A DNA stretch of 64,000 nt from Hydrogenophilales bacterium (lineage in GTDB: Bacteria; Pseudomonadota; Gammaproteobacteria; Burkholderiales; Thiobacillaceae): the NCBI GenBank assembly GCA_016703155.1, contig JADJCP010000004.1:36119-100118 (forward strand), written 5' to 3'. The position numbers and the translations under genes are program-made. The notes under the pieces are model-generated. The model was not told the DNA's origin. It saw only the letters and a list, made by a program, of their open reading frames with translations, and searched no databases. Every line of letters begins with the position of its first letter. The stretch's first letter is position 1. This document shows, in pieces, positions 41,246 to 53,938 of this stretch.

Positions 41246-42118
41246 ATGGCGAAGAAAAAAGCGAACAACCATCTTCTTCTGCACACAGCGCTGATCTCGT
41301 TCACCCTGCTGTCGATGTATCCGGTGTTTTGGGTGCTCGCCCTGGCCTTTTCGGGACAGCAGAGCGTCGGCATCATCGACCTGCCGATGGACCCGACCCT
41401 CATGGAGCGGGCGCGGGCCATCGTGCCGATTCCAGAACACTTCTCGGTGGCCAATTTCGTCGGTGTCTGGACCGAACAGTCGTTCGGTACCTGGTTATGG
41501 AACAGCGCCGTCGTTTCCCTGATGACCACGGTGCTGGGCGTGTTCCTGGCCTGTACGGCGGCCTATGCGTTTTCGCGTTTCCGGTTTCCCGGACGTAACG
41601 CCGGGATGCTGACCTTCCTGGTGTCGCAGATGTTCCCGGGAACGTTGATGCTGATTCCGCTGTTCATCATCATCGTCAAATGGCTCGGACTGGGTAATAC
41701 CTATTTCGGCTTGGTGATCGTCTACGCCACCACCGCCATTCCCTTCTGCGTCTGGATGCTGAAGGGCTACTTCGACACCATCCCGGTCGATATCGAGGAG
41801 TCGGCGCGCATCGACGGCGCATCGCCGCAAACGATCTTCTTCCGCATCATCCTGCCACTGGCGACACCGGCAATCGCGATTACGGCGCTGTTTTCCTTCA
41901 TGACCGCCTGGAATGAATTCATTCTGGCATCTATATTCATGGAGGCGGAGAGCAATTACACCGCGCCTGTCGGGTTGCGCTTTTTTGTCGGCGGGTTTTC
42001 CTCCCAATGGGGTTATTTCGCGGCGGGCTCGGTCATAGTGTCCCTGCCGGTCGTGCTGTTGTTTTTGTACTTGCAGAAGTATTTAATTTCAGGATTGACG
42101 GCGGGTAGCGTGAAGTAG
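41246..42118 (+). CDS. MalG-like ABC permease
   Basis: 290 aa with EAA loop ESARIDGASPQTIFFRIILP. Confidence 0.85.
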   Translation: MAKKKANNHLLLHTALISFTLLSMYPVFWVLALAFSGQQSVGIIDLPMDPTLMERARAIVPIPEHFSVANFVGVWTEQSFGTWLWNSAVVSLMTTVLGVFLACTAAYAFSRFRFPGRNAGMLTFLVSQMFPGTLMLIPLFIIIVKWLGLGNTYFGLVIVYATTAIPFCVWMLKGYFDTIPVDIEESARIDGASPQTIFFRIILPLATPAIAITALFSFMTAWNEFILASIFMEAESNYTAPVGLRFFVGGFSSQWGYFAAGSVIVSLPVVLLFLYLQKYLISGLTAGSVK

Positions 42119-42163
42119 ACTATCCAAAGCGGAGCATGCTAGGAAACCTAACGAGGAGAAGCT

Positions 42164-42949
42164 ATGAAAAACAAGCGATTACTGATTACGCTGGCTATTG
42201 CATCTACCCTGGCTCTTGGCATGTCCGCGGCCCATGCAGTGGACTTCACGGATCCCAAGGGGGACGACAACGGCCCCGGCAACTACACCTACCCCACCGA
42301 TGGCGTTTACAAAGCAGGCTCGTTTGATCTTGCGAAGCTGTCCGTCACCAAGAATGGCAACCAGCTGGATTTCGCGGTCGAAACCAACAGCCGGCTGGAA
42401 GACCCCTGGGGGATGGGCGTGGGCTTCGCGGTGCAGATGGTCTATGTCTTCGTGAAGAACAAGGAGGGCGGCAATGCCGAAGTTCCCCCGGGGCTGAACG
42501 TGCAATTCGCCCCAGGTCATGAGTGGAACAAGGCGGTCATTCTGTCTCCCCAGAAGAAGGGCCGCGTACTCGGCGAGGTCACCAGCAAGGCAGGCAAACT
42601 GGCCGGCGACATTCTCGTGCCCAATAGCACCAAGGGTAGCAATCGTTCGATCAAGGGCAGCGTGCCGCTCGCCGATCTGGGCGGTGACGGCAATCCCGAT
42701 GCCTGGAGCTATCAGGTCGTGATGCAGTCGAACGAAGGTTTTCCGGACACCGATTCCCTCCTGGCGCGCAAGGTCAACGAATACGAGGGCCAGCACCGCT
42801 GGGGTGGTGGTCACGACGGCAATTGCGACCCGCACGTCATGGACGTGCTCGAGTCCGCCAGCGCGACGCAGAAGCAGCAGTTGGCCTATGAATGTGGTCC
42901 GAATGGCGAGTCCGTCAAGAAGGCCACGCTGCAGATGTTCAAGAAATAA
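42164..42949 (+). CDS. Secreted glucodextranase-C-like (Glucodextran_C-type) domain protein
   Basis: Signal peptide ...GMSAAHA, then VDFTDPKGDDNGPGNYTYPTDGVYKAGSFDLAKLSV... I recall the DPxGDDxGPGxYxYPT motif as the signature of the Pfam Glucodextran_C domain. Confidence 0.6.
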   Translation: MKNKRLLITLAIASTLALGMSAAHAVDFTDPKGDDNGPGNYTYPTDGVYKAGSFDLAKLSVTKNGNQLDFAVETNSRLEDPWGMGVGFAVQMVYVFVKNKEGGNAEVPPGLNVQFAPGHEWNKAVILSPQKKGRVLGEVTSKAGKLAGDILVPNSTKGSNRSIKGSVPLADLGGDGNPDAWSYQVVMQSNEGFPDTDSLLARKVNEYEGQHRWGGGHDGNCDPHVMDVLESASATQKQQLAYECGPNGESVKKATLQMFKK

Positions 42950-42970
42950 TCGATCGAACGGACAATCATC

Positions 42971-44746
42971 ATGAAAACACTACACGTGAAACCCTTGGTC
43001 GCCGCTGTTGGATTGGCACTCAGCGCACCTGCCGCGATGGCCGTCAACCTGGACTTCAGTGGCTCCAACATTTACATGAAATTCCTGGATGGCGATCAGA
43101 AGATCGCCGCGCAGGGGAGCGGGGATACCGCAACGGGTGCCGATCAGGGCCAGTGGACGGAGATGGAACTGCGCATCAAGGCGGTCATTTCACCGAAGGT
43201 CGAGGCAGGCGCGCGTATCCAGAGCCGCAGTTCGGCGGCTTACTGGTCGGAATTCGGCGGCTTCGGGCTTGAAGGCAGTGTCGACAACAACGTCAACAAG
43301 CAGATATTCATGAAGTTGCGCGGCGCCTATGTCCAGGTTACTCCCGGGTACAACTGGCTCAACATGGCCCGCATCGGCTCCAGCGACTGGGGCATGTTCG
43401 ATCCGTTTACCGTCGGCAAAGTGCGCTACATCGACCGCGACAACTACAACGGTCTCTACTTTAGAGGCCCGGTAGCCAAGGGCAGTTGGGAAGTCGCGCG
43501 TGTCTCGTTGCCGGAGTATCTGCAAACCAACTACGGCCAAGGCCCCACCTGTTGCAGCACCGATGACACCCGGACGCAAGAGGCGACCTGGATCGGTCAG
43601 TTGACGATGCCGGTCGGTCCGGCCCGCCTCGCGGCGAGCGCCCAGATCACCGAAGACCATGTCAAAGCGACGGATGCAAATTTATTCGACGGCCAGGATG
43701 TCAACACCTTCGCCAAGAACAACGTCTACATGCTGAAGGCGGAAGGCAACGTCATGGACGGCCTCGAGTTGAAGGGTGCGTACTATCGCTCGGAATTCGA
43801 GACGGATGCCTTCTTCGACCAGTCCTGGATCAACTCGCCCAAGGACAGCATCGACGACAATGCCTTCAAGGTCGACGTTGCCTGGAGTCCCGCCAGCGTA
43901 AATGGCCTGTCCATCGCCTACCAATACTTCAATATCGGTGAGGGTTTCTACAGCAACACCGCCGCGCGCACGGAGTCCGATGTACTCCTGACCGAGGGTT
44001 CCGAGGCGGCTTGGTATGGCTGGGGTGATCCGAAGTGGAACGGTGGCGCCTATTCAGACTACACCCAGGTTGCCGCCACGCCCAAGAAGGTTGTCACGCC
44101 GGCGTATGGCTACACCACGGCCATGGGCAATGGTCTGACCGACAACGACTTCAAGGATTTCAACGAAGCGCCTTCGGAGTCGATTCTGGGTTGGAAGGGT
44201 CACACCGTACTCGTCAACTACGATGCCTTCAACGTGCCGATGTCCGCCGAGTATTCGCGCATCGAATACAACAACAACTGGCAGAACTACACCGGGCCGT
44301 TGAATCATTTCTATCCGGCGAATCAGGACCGTACGACCGACATCTTCGTGTTCAAGGCCTCGCATAATTTCAATGTCGCCGGTGGCCTGGATGCCTCCTT
44401 CAAGTACAAGTGGGTGAAGGACAACGATGATGTCAGCAAGGCGACGTCCGCGGACGATGCCGAGTCCAAGGACAGCGGCTTCAGTTTCACCTTGGGCAAG
44501 CAACTGCATAACGATCTGTATGGCAGCGTTTCCTATGGTCATTACAGTCGCGATATCAGTGCCGCTGGCGTCGACTATGACAACGAGAAGGACATCTGGA
44601 GCCTGAAGTTCAACTACAGCCTCGCCGGGTTTGAAACGGGTCTGCTGGCCCAATGGATCGATGGCGAAGGCGACCCGTTGCGTACCGGCACGAAGACCGA
44701 TATTGAGCAATATCGCCTGAAGGCAACGGTGCAGGCCGTCTTCTAA
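42971..44746 (+). CDS. Large outer-membrane beta-barrel (porin-like), probably the glucan channel of the locus
   Basis: 591 aa with signal peptide ...LSAPAAMA. Alternating amphipathic strands rich in Y/G/N/D, and a C-terminal ...LKATVQAVF with terminal Phe. Confidence 0.65.
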   Translation: MKTLHVKPLVAAVGLALSAPAAMAVNLDFSGSNIYMKFLDGDQKIAAQGSGDTATGADQGQWTEMELRIKAVISPKVEAGARIQSRSSAAYWSEFGGFGLEGSVDNNVNKQIFMKLRGAYVQVTPGYNWLNMARIGSSDWGMFDPFTVGKVRYIDRDNYNGLYFRGPVAKGSWEVARVSLPEYLQTNYGQGPTCCSTDDTRTQEATWIGQLTMPVGPARLAASAQITEDHVKATDANLFDGQDVNTFAKNNVYMLKAEGNVMDGLELKGAYYRSEFETDAFFDQSWINSPKDSIDDNAFKVDVAWSPASVNGLSIAYQYFNIGEGFYSNTAARTESDVLLTEGSEAAWYGWGDPKWNGGAYSDYTQVAATPKKVVTPAYGYTTAMGNGLTDNDFKDFNEAPSESILGWKGHTVLVNYDAFNVPMSAEYSRIEYNNNWQNYTGPLNHFYPANQDRTTDIFVFKASHNFNVAGGLDASFKYKWVKDNDDVSKATSADDAESKDSGFSFTLGKQLHNDLYGSVSYGHYSRDISAAGVDYDNEKDIWSLKFNYSLAGFETGLLAQWIDGEGDPLRTGTKTDIEQYRLKATVQAVF

Positions 44747-44773
44747 TCGGCTGATTCGCGGGGCCGCACTGGC

Positions 44774-44806
44774 AAGCCCTCCCGAAACGGAGGGCTTTGC
44801 TTTTTT
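44774..44806 (+). terminator. Rho-independent terminator after the porin gene
   Basis: aagccctcc-cgaaac-ggagggctt followed by tgctttttt. Confidence 0.85.
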
Positions 44807-44883
44807 ATCTCACGCCACCAGCCACGCGGTAAAACCGCAAGTGCTATGAGAGTTGACTACTCAATGACCGTGCGGGGTAAACA

Positions 44884-46131
44884 ATGAAGCATCTTCTGGT
44901 GTCCGTCCTACTGCTGCTGGCCTCGTTTTCGGTGGCGGCGGAACGGGAAATCGTCACCTTGACCGACCCGGCGAACGACGATTTCGGCGGTGGCAGTCTG
45001 GTCTACCCGGAGCGTCTCGATTATCGCCCGGGCGATCTCGATCTGCGCGTGCTGAAGATCAGCAAGGACGACAAGGGTTTCTGGTTCGAGGCGACATTCG
45101 CCAATCCGGTCCGCGATCCCAAGGCCGCCAAGACCGGCATTGGCCCGGAACCCATGCCTGTATCGGCGCGGCGCGGCTTCTACACCTTCAACATCGATGT
45201 CTATATCGATACCGACCGCGCGCCGGGTTCCGGCAACAGCTTCACGCTGCCCGGACGCAAGGCGCGCATCGATCCGGCCTATGCGTGGGAACGTGCCATC
45301 ATCCTCACACCCAGGCCCGAGCTCGCGCGTGGTGAATTGTTCGATGTCCTGTCACGTCAGTTTCCCAATCGATCCAGATATGAAGCCGAGACCAGTATCG
45401 ATAACTCGGTGTATTTTCCGACCGAGGTGCGCGTTCGCGGCAAGTCGGTCGAGTTCTTCGTGCCTGCCGCCTTTTTCGGCGGGTCCGATGGCGCCGATTG
45501 GGCAGTGACAACTTTGGTGACTGGCGCCAGGCCCTATTCTTCGATGAGCCTGAGCTTTCTGCCGACGAGCAAGACCCCGCTGGAGCAAATGGACATGGGC
45601 GCGATGCAGCCCGCACAGGGGCGACCTCAAGACACGTTCGGTTTCGAGTCGGGGCAGGAAGCCTCGCCGATTGTCGACGCGCTCATGCCAAGCGTGGCTC
45701 AGCAAATCGCCCTGATCGGTAATGACGAACCCTTGATAGGCATGTCGTGGGGGCCCCACGCAGTCAACGAATCGGCGCTATCCCGACGCTTCGAACGGGG
45801 CGCCGAGACCGTCAGGGCAAAGCGCAACACGACTCCCGAGGCGTCCGGAGGCTCGCTGTTCTCCTCGACGCTGGGCGGTCTGAAGAATTGGTTTCGAAGC
45901 GACCCAGTCCGGCCCGAGGCGGACGCTTCAGGCCAATCCCGGAAGCCCGTGCCGCTGCAATCGTTTCTCGATCCCGGTATCAAGGGCAATGCCGCCGCCG
46001 AGTCTGCGCCAATCGGCCAGCACGCCCCGGTTCCCGAGCGGCTGAGAACCCTGCAACAACTCTTTGACGACAAGTTGATTGACGAAGCCGAATACCGAAT
46101 GCATAAACAACGCATTCTCGGCGATCTATAA
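44884..46131 (+). CDS. Secreted glucodextranase-C-like domain protein with a C-terminal SHOCT domain
   Basis: 415 aa with a signal peptide. TLTDPANDDFGGGSLVYPERLDYRPGDLDLRVLKI...FNIDVYIDTDRAPGSGNSFTLPGRKARIDPAYAWERAIILTPRP... The C-terminal end LRTLQQLFDDKLIDEAEYRMHKQRILGDL is SHOCT-like. Confidence 0.6.
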   Translation: MKHLLVSVLLLLASFSVAAEREIVTLTDPANDDFGGGSLVYPERLDYRPGDLDLRVLKISKDDKGFWFEATFANPVRDPKAAKTGIGPEPMPVSARRGFYTFNIDVYIDTDRAPGSGNSFTLPGRKARIDPAYAWERAIILTPRPELARGELFDVLSRQFPNRSRYEAETSIDNSVYFPTEVRVRGKSVEFFVPAAFFGGSDGADWAVTTLVTGARPYSSMSLSFLPTSKTPLEQMDMGAMQPAQGRPQDTFGFESGQEASPIVDALMPSVAQQIALIGNDEPLIGMSWGPHAVNESALSRRFERGAETVRAKRNTTPEASGGSLFSSTLGGLKNWFRSDPVRPEADASGQSRKPVPLQSFLDPGIKGNAAAESAPIGQHAPVPERLRTLQQLFDDKLIDEAEYRMHKQRILGDL

Positions 46132-46141
46132 ACCCGCGCCG

Positions 46142-47119
46142 ATGCTTAGATTCCTGTTGTTGTCGCTAGCCCTGGCGGCCGGCATCGCCGGGGCCGCGGA
46201 GCGTCATGTGGCGACGTTGTCCGACCCGGCTGGCGACGATGTCGGCGACGGCACCCTGCTGTATCCGACCGGGGGTGTCCTCCAGCCCGGCGATCTCGAT
46301 CTGCGCTCCCTGCGCATCCATCGCGACGGTGACGGCTACTGGTTCACCGCCACGTTCGGCAACTTCATCCATGAAAACTGGTGGTCGCCGAAGGGGGACG
46401 ATGCCGGGGAGTTCTCCAAGCAAGGCCAGCACCGCCTGCCGTTCGGGTTCAACCTGGATATCTACATCGACACCGACCGCAAGAGCGGCTCGGGCAACCT
46501 CTTCACTCTGCCGGGTCGCCAGGCGCGTATCGACCGCCGCTATGCCTGGGAGCGCGTGGTCGTACTCTCGCCCCGCCCCAAGACCATGCGCAGCCACCTG
46601 CTCGGAAAACTCAGAGAGACCTTCCCGGGACGTCCGGAACGCGAGGCCGAGGCGAGCATCGACGGCACCATGTATTTCGCGGCCTACCGGCAAAAACTCG
46701 ACCGGTCGATATCCTTTTTTGTGCCGAATGCCTTCCTGGGGGACTCCGATCCGACGAACTGGGCGGTCACCGCCTTCGTGACGGTTGCCGCGGCGGTGGT
46801 CGACGCCAAGGATCTGGGCGTGATGCAGCTGACCGACGAGCCATCCTCAAGCACGCTTGGCCACACCTCGACAACCCTGCCGCCACCCCTGATCGACGTG
46901 CTGCTGCCGACCGCCGCGCGGCAATACAAGATACTGTCCTCCGCCTTGCCGCTGACCGGCTATTCTCTGGCGAACAATGCGGCGACCGACGACGACGGTA
47001 AATATAGCGCCGAAGCCTTCATATCCCGCCTCACGGGCCTCAAGGAATCGCTCGATCGCAAGCTGATCGATGAGTCTACCTACAAGGCTCAGCGGCAAAA
47101 AATCCTCAACGAGCTCTGA
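46142..47119 (+). CDS. Paralog: glucodextranase-C-like domain protein with a C-terminal SHOCT domain
   Basis: From ATG 46142: MLRFLLLSLALAAGIAGAAE...TLSDPAGDDVGDGTLLYPTGGVLQPGDLDLRSLRI...FNLDIYIDTDRKSGSGNLFTLPGRQARIDRRYAWERVVVLSPRP... The C-terminal end is LTGLKESLDRKLIDESTYKAQRQKILNEL. Confidence 0.6.
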   Translation: MLRFLLLSLALAAGIAGAAERHVATLSDPAGDDVGDGTLLYPTGGVLQPGDLDLRSLRIHRDGDGYWFTATFGNFIHENWWSPKGDDAGEFSKQGQHRLPFGFNLDIYIDTDRKSGSGNLFTLPGRQARIDRRYAWERVVVLSPRPKTMRSHLLGKLRETFPGRPEREAEASIDGTMYFAAYRQKLDRSISFFVPNAFLGDSDPTNWAVTAFVTVAAAVVDAKDLGVMQLTDEPSSSTLGHTSTTLPPPLIDVLLPTAARQYKILSSALPLTGYSLANNAATDDDGKYSAEAFISRLTGLKESLDRKLIDESTYKAQRQKILNEL

Positions 47120-47131
47120 TCGGGGGTCGCC

Positions 47132-48009
47132 GTGCTACCGGCAAGAGCCTACGGCGATACGGGCATCACGGTTTCCGCTCTGGGCCTGGGCACGATCCCG
47201 CTGGGCAATGCACGCATGACCGACCGGGAGGCCTACGACGTGCTGGACTACGCTGAGCATGCCGGGATCAGTTTGATCGACACGGCACCGAGCTATGGCG
47301 TCTCGGAGCCGCGCCTTGGACATTGGTTACAGGGCCGTCGCGACGCTTTTGTGATATCGAGCAAGCTCGGCTATGGCGCGCCTGGCATCGAGGACTGGAC
47401 CGGACCCTGCATCACCGCCGGGGTGGATCTCGCCCTGCAACGCTTGCGAACCGATCGGCTCGATATCGCGCATCTGCACTCCTGCCCCCTGGCGATACTT
47501 CAGCGCGAGGACATACTCCGCGCGCTCGAGGACGCCAAGCGTGCCGGAAAAGTGCGCGCCATCGCTTACTCCGGTGAAAACGAAGCCCTGCGATATGCGC
47601 TTGATGCCGGCCGATTCGATGGCGTCATGGCCTCGCTAAACCTGTTCGACCAAAGAGTGAGCCGCGAGGTGATCCCGAGATTGGGCGGCATGGGGTTTAT
47701 CGCCAAGCGCCCGCTGGCGAACGCGCCCTGGCGCTTTGCGACCCAGCCCACGGGAGAGTACTGCGAGCCGTATTGGCGGCGCTGGCAATCGATGGCCCTC
47801 GACGATCCTGGCATGCCTTGGGGCGAACTGGCACTGTGCTTTACAGTTTGGCATCGGGCGTGGCCGCGGCCGTCGTTGGCACGGCGGACAAGCGCCATCT
47901 CGCCGAATGCGTAGCATGGGTCGAGCATGGTCCCTTGCCGGAAGCATTAATCGTAAGGCTAAGTGCGGCTTTCCAGCGTAGCGATACAGGCTGGGAAGGA
48001 CAGGTTTAA
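47132..48009 (+). CDS. Aldo/keto reductase, frame broken near 47838-47845
   Basis: ...GISLIDTAPSYGVSE...LDIAHLHS... The C-terminal part continues in track ORF 47773..48009: ...YSLASGVAAAVVGTADKRHLAECV... Confidence 0.7.
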
Positions 48010-48174
48010 GCATCCCAGGGAGGCTGCCACTGGGGGCCGGTGAAATATCCGGTCCAAGCCGTATCCGCCCCAGTACCAGGCGAAGTGCGCAATCGCGTCA
48101 CAACCTCGAAATGCGGTCGTAACCTCTGCCAACTATGGTTTGCGATGAGCTTCAACAACCTTGGGAGAGATCGC

Positions 48175-49380
48175 ATGCTATTTTTTTCTCGCCATCTGCG
48201 GGCTGCGCGGATATTTCAGCTGTCGATGATTGCTTTGAGTGTGTCCATGATGTCCGCGTGCAATGACGACGACGTCTATCTGACGCTGACCGGGGAGAAG
48301 CCGTTGGTTATCGGCCATCGTGGTTCGCCGGGCTATCTGCCCGATCACACCCTGGAAGGCTACCGGTTGGCGATCCAGAACGGCGCGAATTTCATCGAGC
48401 CTGATCTGGTCGCGACCAAGGATGGCGAGCTGATCGCTCGCCATGAGCCGAACATCACCGCCACCACGGATGTGGCGGACCGCCCGGAGTTCGCATCGCA
48501 CAAGACCACGCGCTTGGTCGACGGGGTATCCGAGACCGGCTGGTTCGCCACCGATTTCACGCTGGCGGAGATCAAGACGCTGCGCGCCAAGCAACCGCTG
48601 GCCGACCGTGACCCCTCACACAATGGGAAATACTCGATTCCGACGCTGCGCGAAGTGTTGGATCTGGCCAAAACCGAGGGCGCCAAGGTTGGACGGGTCA
48701 TTGGTATCTATCCCGAAACCAAGCATCCGACCTACCACGCCGATGCAAATCTGGTCCTGGAAGACCGCCTTTTGGCGATCCTGGGTGAGTACGCCTACAC
48801 GAAGAAGGATTCGCCCGTCATCGTCCAGTCGTTCGAAGTCGCCAATCTGAAATACCTACGTGGAAAAACCGCGGTGCGTTTGGTGCAATTGGTCGACGGC
48901 GATGATTATGACTTCAAGACCGGCAAGGTGACCTTCGCGCCCCCGTATGATCGCCCATACGACTGGACACGCGCGGGCAAGACGGAAAACTTTGATTCCA
49001 TGCTGACTCCGGCGGGTCTGGCCGAGATCAAGAAATATGCTGATGGTGTCGGTCCCTGGAAGCCCTATATCGTGCCAATGAAGGGAAGCTACGATGCTTC
49101 GGGCAAGATGCTCGACGCGAACGGCGACGGGGCCGTGAACTACATGGATGCGAGTTCGCAGCCCGCCACCTCGCTGATTGCCGATGCCCATAAGCTGGGC
49201 CTGCTGGTGCATACCTGGACCTTCCGCAATGAGGCGAAGCGTCTAGCGCACGACTACAAGGGCGATCCGAAAAAGGAATACCTGCAGTTCTATCGTTTGG
49301 GTATTGACGGACTGTTCAGCGATTTTACCGACACCGCCATCGCGGCGCGCGCCCTATACGACAAGGAACTCGGTCTCTAA
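48175..49380 (+). CDS. glpQ: Glycerophosphodiester phosphodiesterase (periplasmic lipoprotein form)
   Basis: From ATG 48175 (RBS gggaga). Lipobox ...[12 protein letters not shown] motifs [19 protein letters not shown] and FIEPDLV. Confidence 0.8.
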   Translation: MLFFSRHLRAARIFQLSMIALSVSMMSACNDDDVYLTLTGEKPLVIGHRGSPGYLPDHTLEGYRLAIQNGANFIEPDLVATKDGELIARHEPNITATTDVADRPEFASHKTTRLVDGVSETGWFATDFTLAEIKTLRAKQPLADRDPSHNGKYSIPTLREVLDLAKTEGAKVGRVIGIYPETKHPTYHADANLVLEDRLLAILGEYAYTKKDSPVIVQSFEVANLKYLRGKTAVRLVQLVDGDDYDFKTGKVTFAPPYDRPYDWTRAGKTENFDSMLTPAGLAEIKKYADGVGPWKPYIVPMKGSYDASGKMLDANGDGAVNYMDASSQPATSLIADAHKLGLLVHTWTFRNEAKRLAHDYKGDPKKEYLQFYRLGIDGLFSDFTDTAIAARALYDKELGL

Positions 49381-49672
49381 GCCCTCTGGCCGGCGTGATC
49401 GCCGGCCTTCCAGGCGTTGGCCATTGCGCTGGGGATACGCTGAAATATTCCCGAACCGAGCGGCTTTGCCGGACTTGGATGTCGGTCCACCCGGGCGCAG
49501 GCGGCCGGTCGGCGGCTGTTGAACTTCACAGCCAGCTTGAGCAGGTTTTCCTGGCGTTTTCTTACGTCTTCTTCGGTCTGCTTGCGCTCGGCGATTTTCT
49601 TGAAGCGTTCCTTCAACTGGCTTTGTGCCTGATCGCGTTGCTCGGCGGTGACTTCGCCGGCGGGCGCCCCGA

Positions 49673-50026
49673 TTACTTCTTGGTGGCGAGTCGGGCTTTC
49701 AAATCCGCAAAGGGATTGTGCGTCGCGCCGGTCGTGGCGAGGCCTGAATCGCTGCGACCGGCCATATCTTTGAGCTTGGAGTGTTCGTTTTCGTGGCAAT
49801 AGGTGCAAAGTAGTTCCCAGTTGCTGCCGTCCGACGGGTTGTCGTCGTGATTGCTGTTCTTGTGGTGGACTTCGAGCAGTTGCAGGTTGCTGTGCGTGAA
49901 CGTTCGCGCGCAGCGTCCGCAGACCCAGGGAAAGAGTTTCAGCGCCTGTTCGCGGTAGCCCTGGGCACGCTTTTCGGCGTTGCGGCGGGCATCGAGAACG
50001 ATTTGATCGAGTCGGTCGTTGGCCAT
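49673..50026 (-). CDS. yajD: YajD-family HNH nuclease
   Basis: 117 aa: ...GYREQALKLFPWVCGRCARTF...LEVHHKNSNHDDNPSDGSNWELLCTYCHENEHSK...NPFADLKARLATKK. It closely parallels E. coli YajD. Confidence 0.85.
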   Translation of the reverse strand: MANDRLDQIVLDARRNAEKRAQGYREQALKLFPWVCGRCARTFTHSNLQLLEVHHKNSNHDDNPSDGSNWELLCTYCHENEHSKLKDMAGRSDSGLATTGATHNPFADLKARLATKK

Positions 50027-50073
50027 GTCGGTCTCCGTGGCTAGAGTCGGTTCAGCTTACGACGAAATCCGGC

Positions 50074-51684
<1,611 letters not shown>

Positions 51685-51701
51685 GTCGAAAGCCTTGAAT
51701 G

Positions 51702-51731
51702 AAAAACCGCCGGGAGACTTCGACCGGCGGC
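51702..51731 (-). terminator. Rho-independent terminator after the GIY-YIG gene
   Basis: The minus strand reads gccgccgg-tcgaagtctc-ccggcgg followed by ttttt. Confidence 0.7.
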
Positions 51732-51765
51732 GAGAGTGTCCGGATTATAGCAATCCGACGGTCGA

Positions 51766-52058
51766 TTACGCGCTGTCGGGGGAAGGCAGCGCGCCGGCTG
51801 CGATCAATGCCAGCTTGGCGACGCGGTCCAGGCGCTTGATGGCGTACTCGCGGCGCGCGGCTTCGGCGCGATCGTTACAGGTTTCGGCATAGACCAGTTC
51901 AGCCGGCCTTCGTGATCGTGTATAGCGGGCGCCGAGGGCATTGTCGGTGTTGTGTTCGCCCAAACGCCGGGCGGATCCTTGGCAATGCCGGTATACAGGG
52001 TGTCGTCGGCGCAGCGCAGGATGTAAACGAACCAGGTGGATGCGTCGGGCTTACTGAT
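51766..52058 (-). pseudogene. GIY-YIG (UPF0213/YhbQ-like) nuclease-family gene, frameshifted and lacking a canonical start
   Basis: The C-terminal frame reads (ARRL)GEHNTDNALGARYTRSRRPAELVYAETCNDRAEAARREYAIKRL. The N-terminal part is in another frame: (I)SKPDASTWFVYILRCADDTLYTGIAKDP. One base is missing near 51970-51975 (ccgcccgg). Where ATG is expected the codon is ATC (52056-52058). Confidence 0.6.
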
Positions 52059-52332
52059 GTTTGCTGGCCTCGTACATCGACGGCGTGATCCCGGCGTGGG
52101 CCAGGAATTCGCGCAGATGCTTGATGTCCTGACGGTTCAGCACGTTGCTGTGGTGCGGACGGTGCAGGATACCTTCGGTCTTGTTGAGGTTCACCTTGAT
52201 GCGCGCGCCTTGCAGGGATTCGACCTCGGCGCCGACATGGTGCAGTAGCGATTCGACGTCGCGCCAGTGGATGTTGCCGCTCGGTGGATCCTGAAAGATC
52301 GCCTGGATCATGTGCTCGTGCTTGTGACTCAT
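52051..52332 (-). CDS. HicA-like (YcfA/HicA family, long form) putative toxin, with no visible HicB partner
   Basis: 93 aa: MSHKHEHMIQAIFQDPPSGNIHWRDVESLLHHVGAEVESLQGARIKVNLNKTEGILHRPHHSNVLNRQDIKHLREFLAHAGI. The pattern xIFxxPxxxNIxWxDVExLL...HRPH...FL is what I recall for this HicA subgroup. Confidence 0.45.
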   Translation of the reverse strand: MSHKHEHMIQAIFQDPPSGNIHWRDVESLLHHVGAEVESLQGARIKVNLNKTEGILHRPHHSNVLNRQDIKHLREFLAHAGITPSMYEASKHQ

Positions 52333-52422
52333 GATGTGCTCCCTCGCTTTCGTTAATCATAGTTGAAAGCGCGCGGGGCGGCACGTTGAGTAGTCAAGGT
52401 GCGCTCAGGCTAAGGAAACGCT

Positions 52423-52534
52423 GATTTATTCGCTCATTGCGAGCGAAGCGCGGCAATCCAGTGCACTAAATAAATCAACAGCCTATGGATCGCCACGTCG
52501 CTGCGCTCCTCGCGGATGACGAATTCTTCAGCGT
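52423..52534 (+). repeat. Palindromic intergenic repeat, copy C
   Basis: gatttattcgctcattgcgagcgaagcgcggcaatccagtgcactaaataaatcaacagcctatggatcgccacgtcgctgcgctcctcgcggatgacgaattcttcagcgt. Confidence 0.85.
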
Positions 52535-52579
52535 GTCCCTAACGCAGCGAACCCCGGCCTGCGCCGGGGTGACCCGGCA

Positions 52580-53938
<1,359 letters not shown>

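Noticed and set aside
49377-49672. A possible small gene downstream of yajD (track ORF 49377..49808; segment ...GEVTAEQRDQAQSQLKERFKKIAERKQTEEDVRKRQENLLKL...)
   Set aside because: The charged helical segment looks protein-like. But the only starts are far upstream inside yajD in another frame, or a weak internal TTG. The C-terminal half is low-complexity, and I recognise no family.
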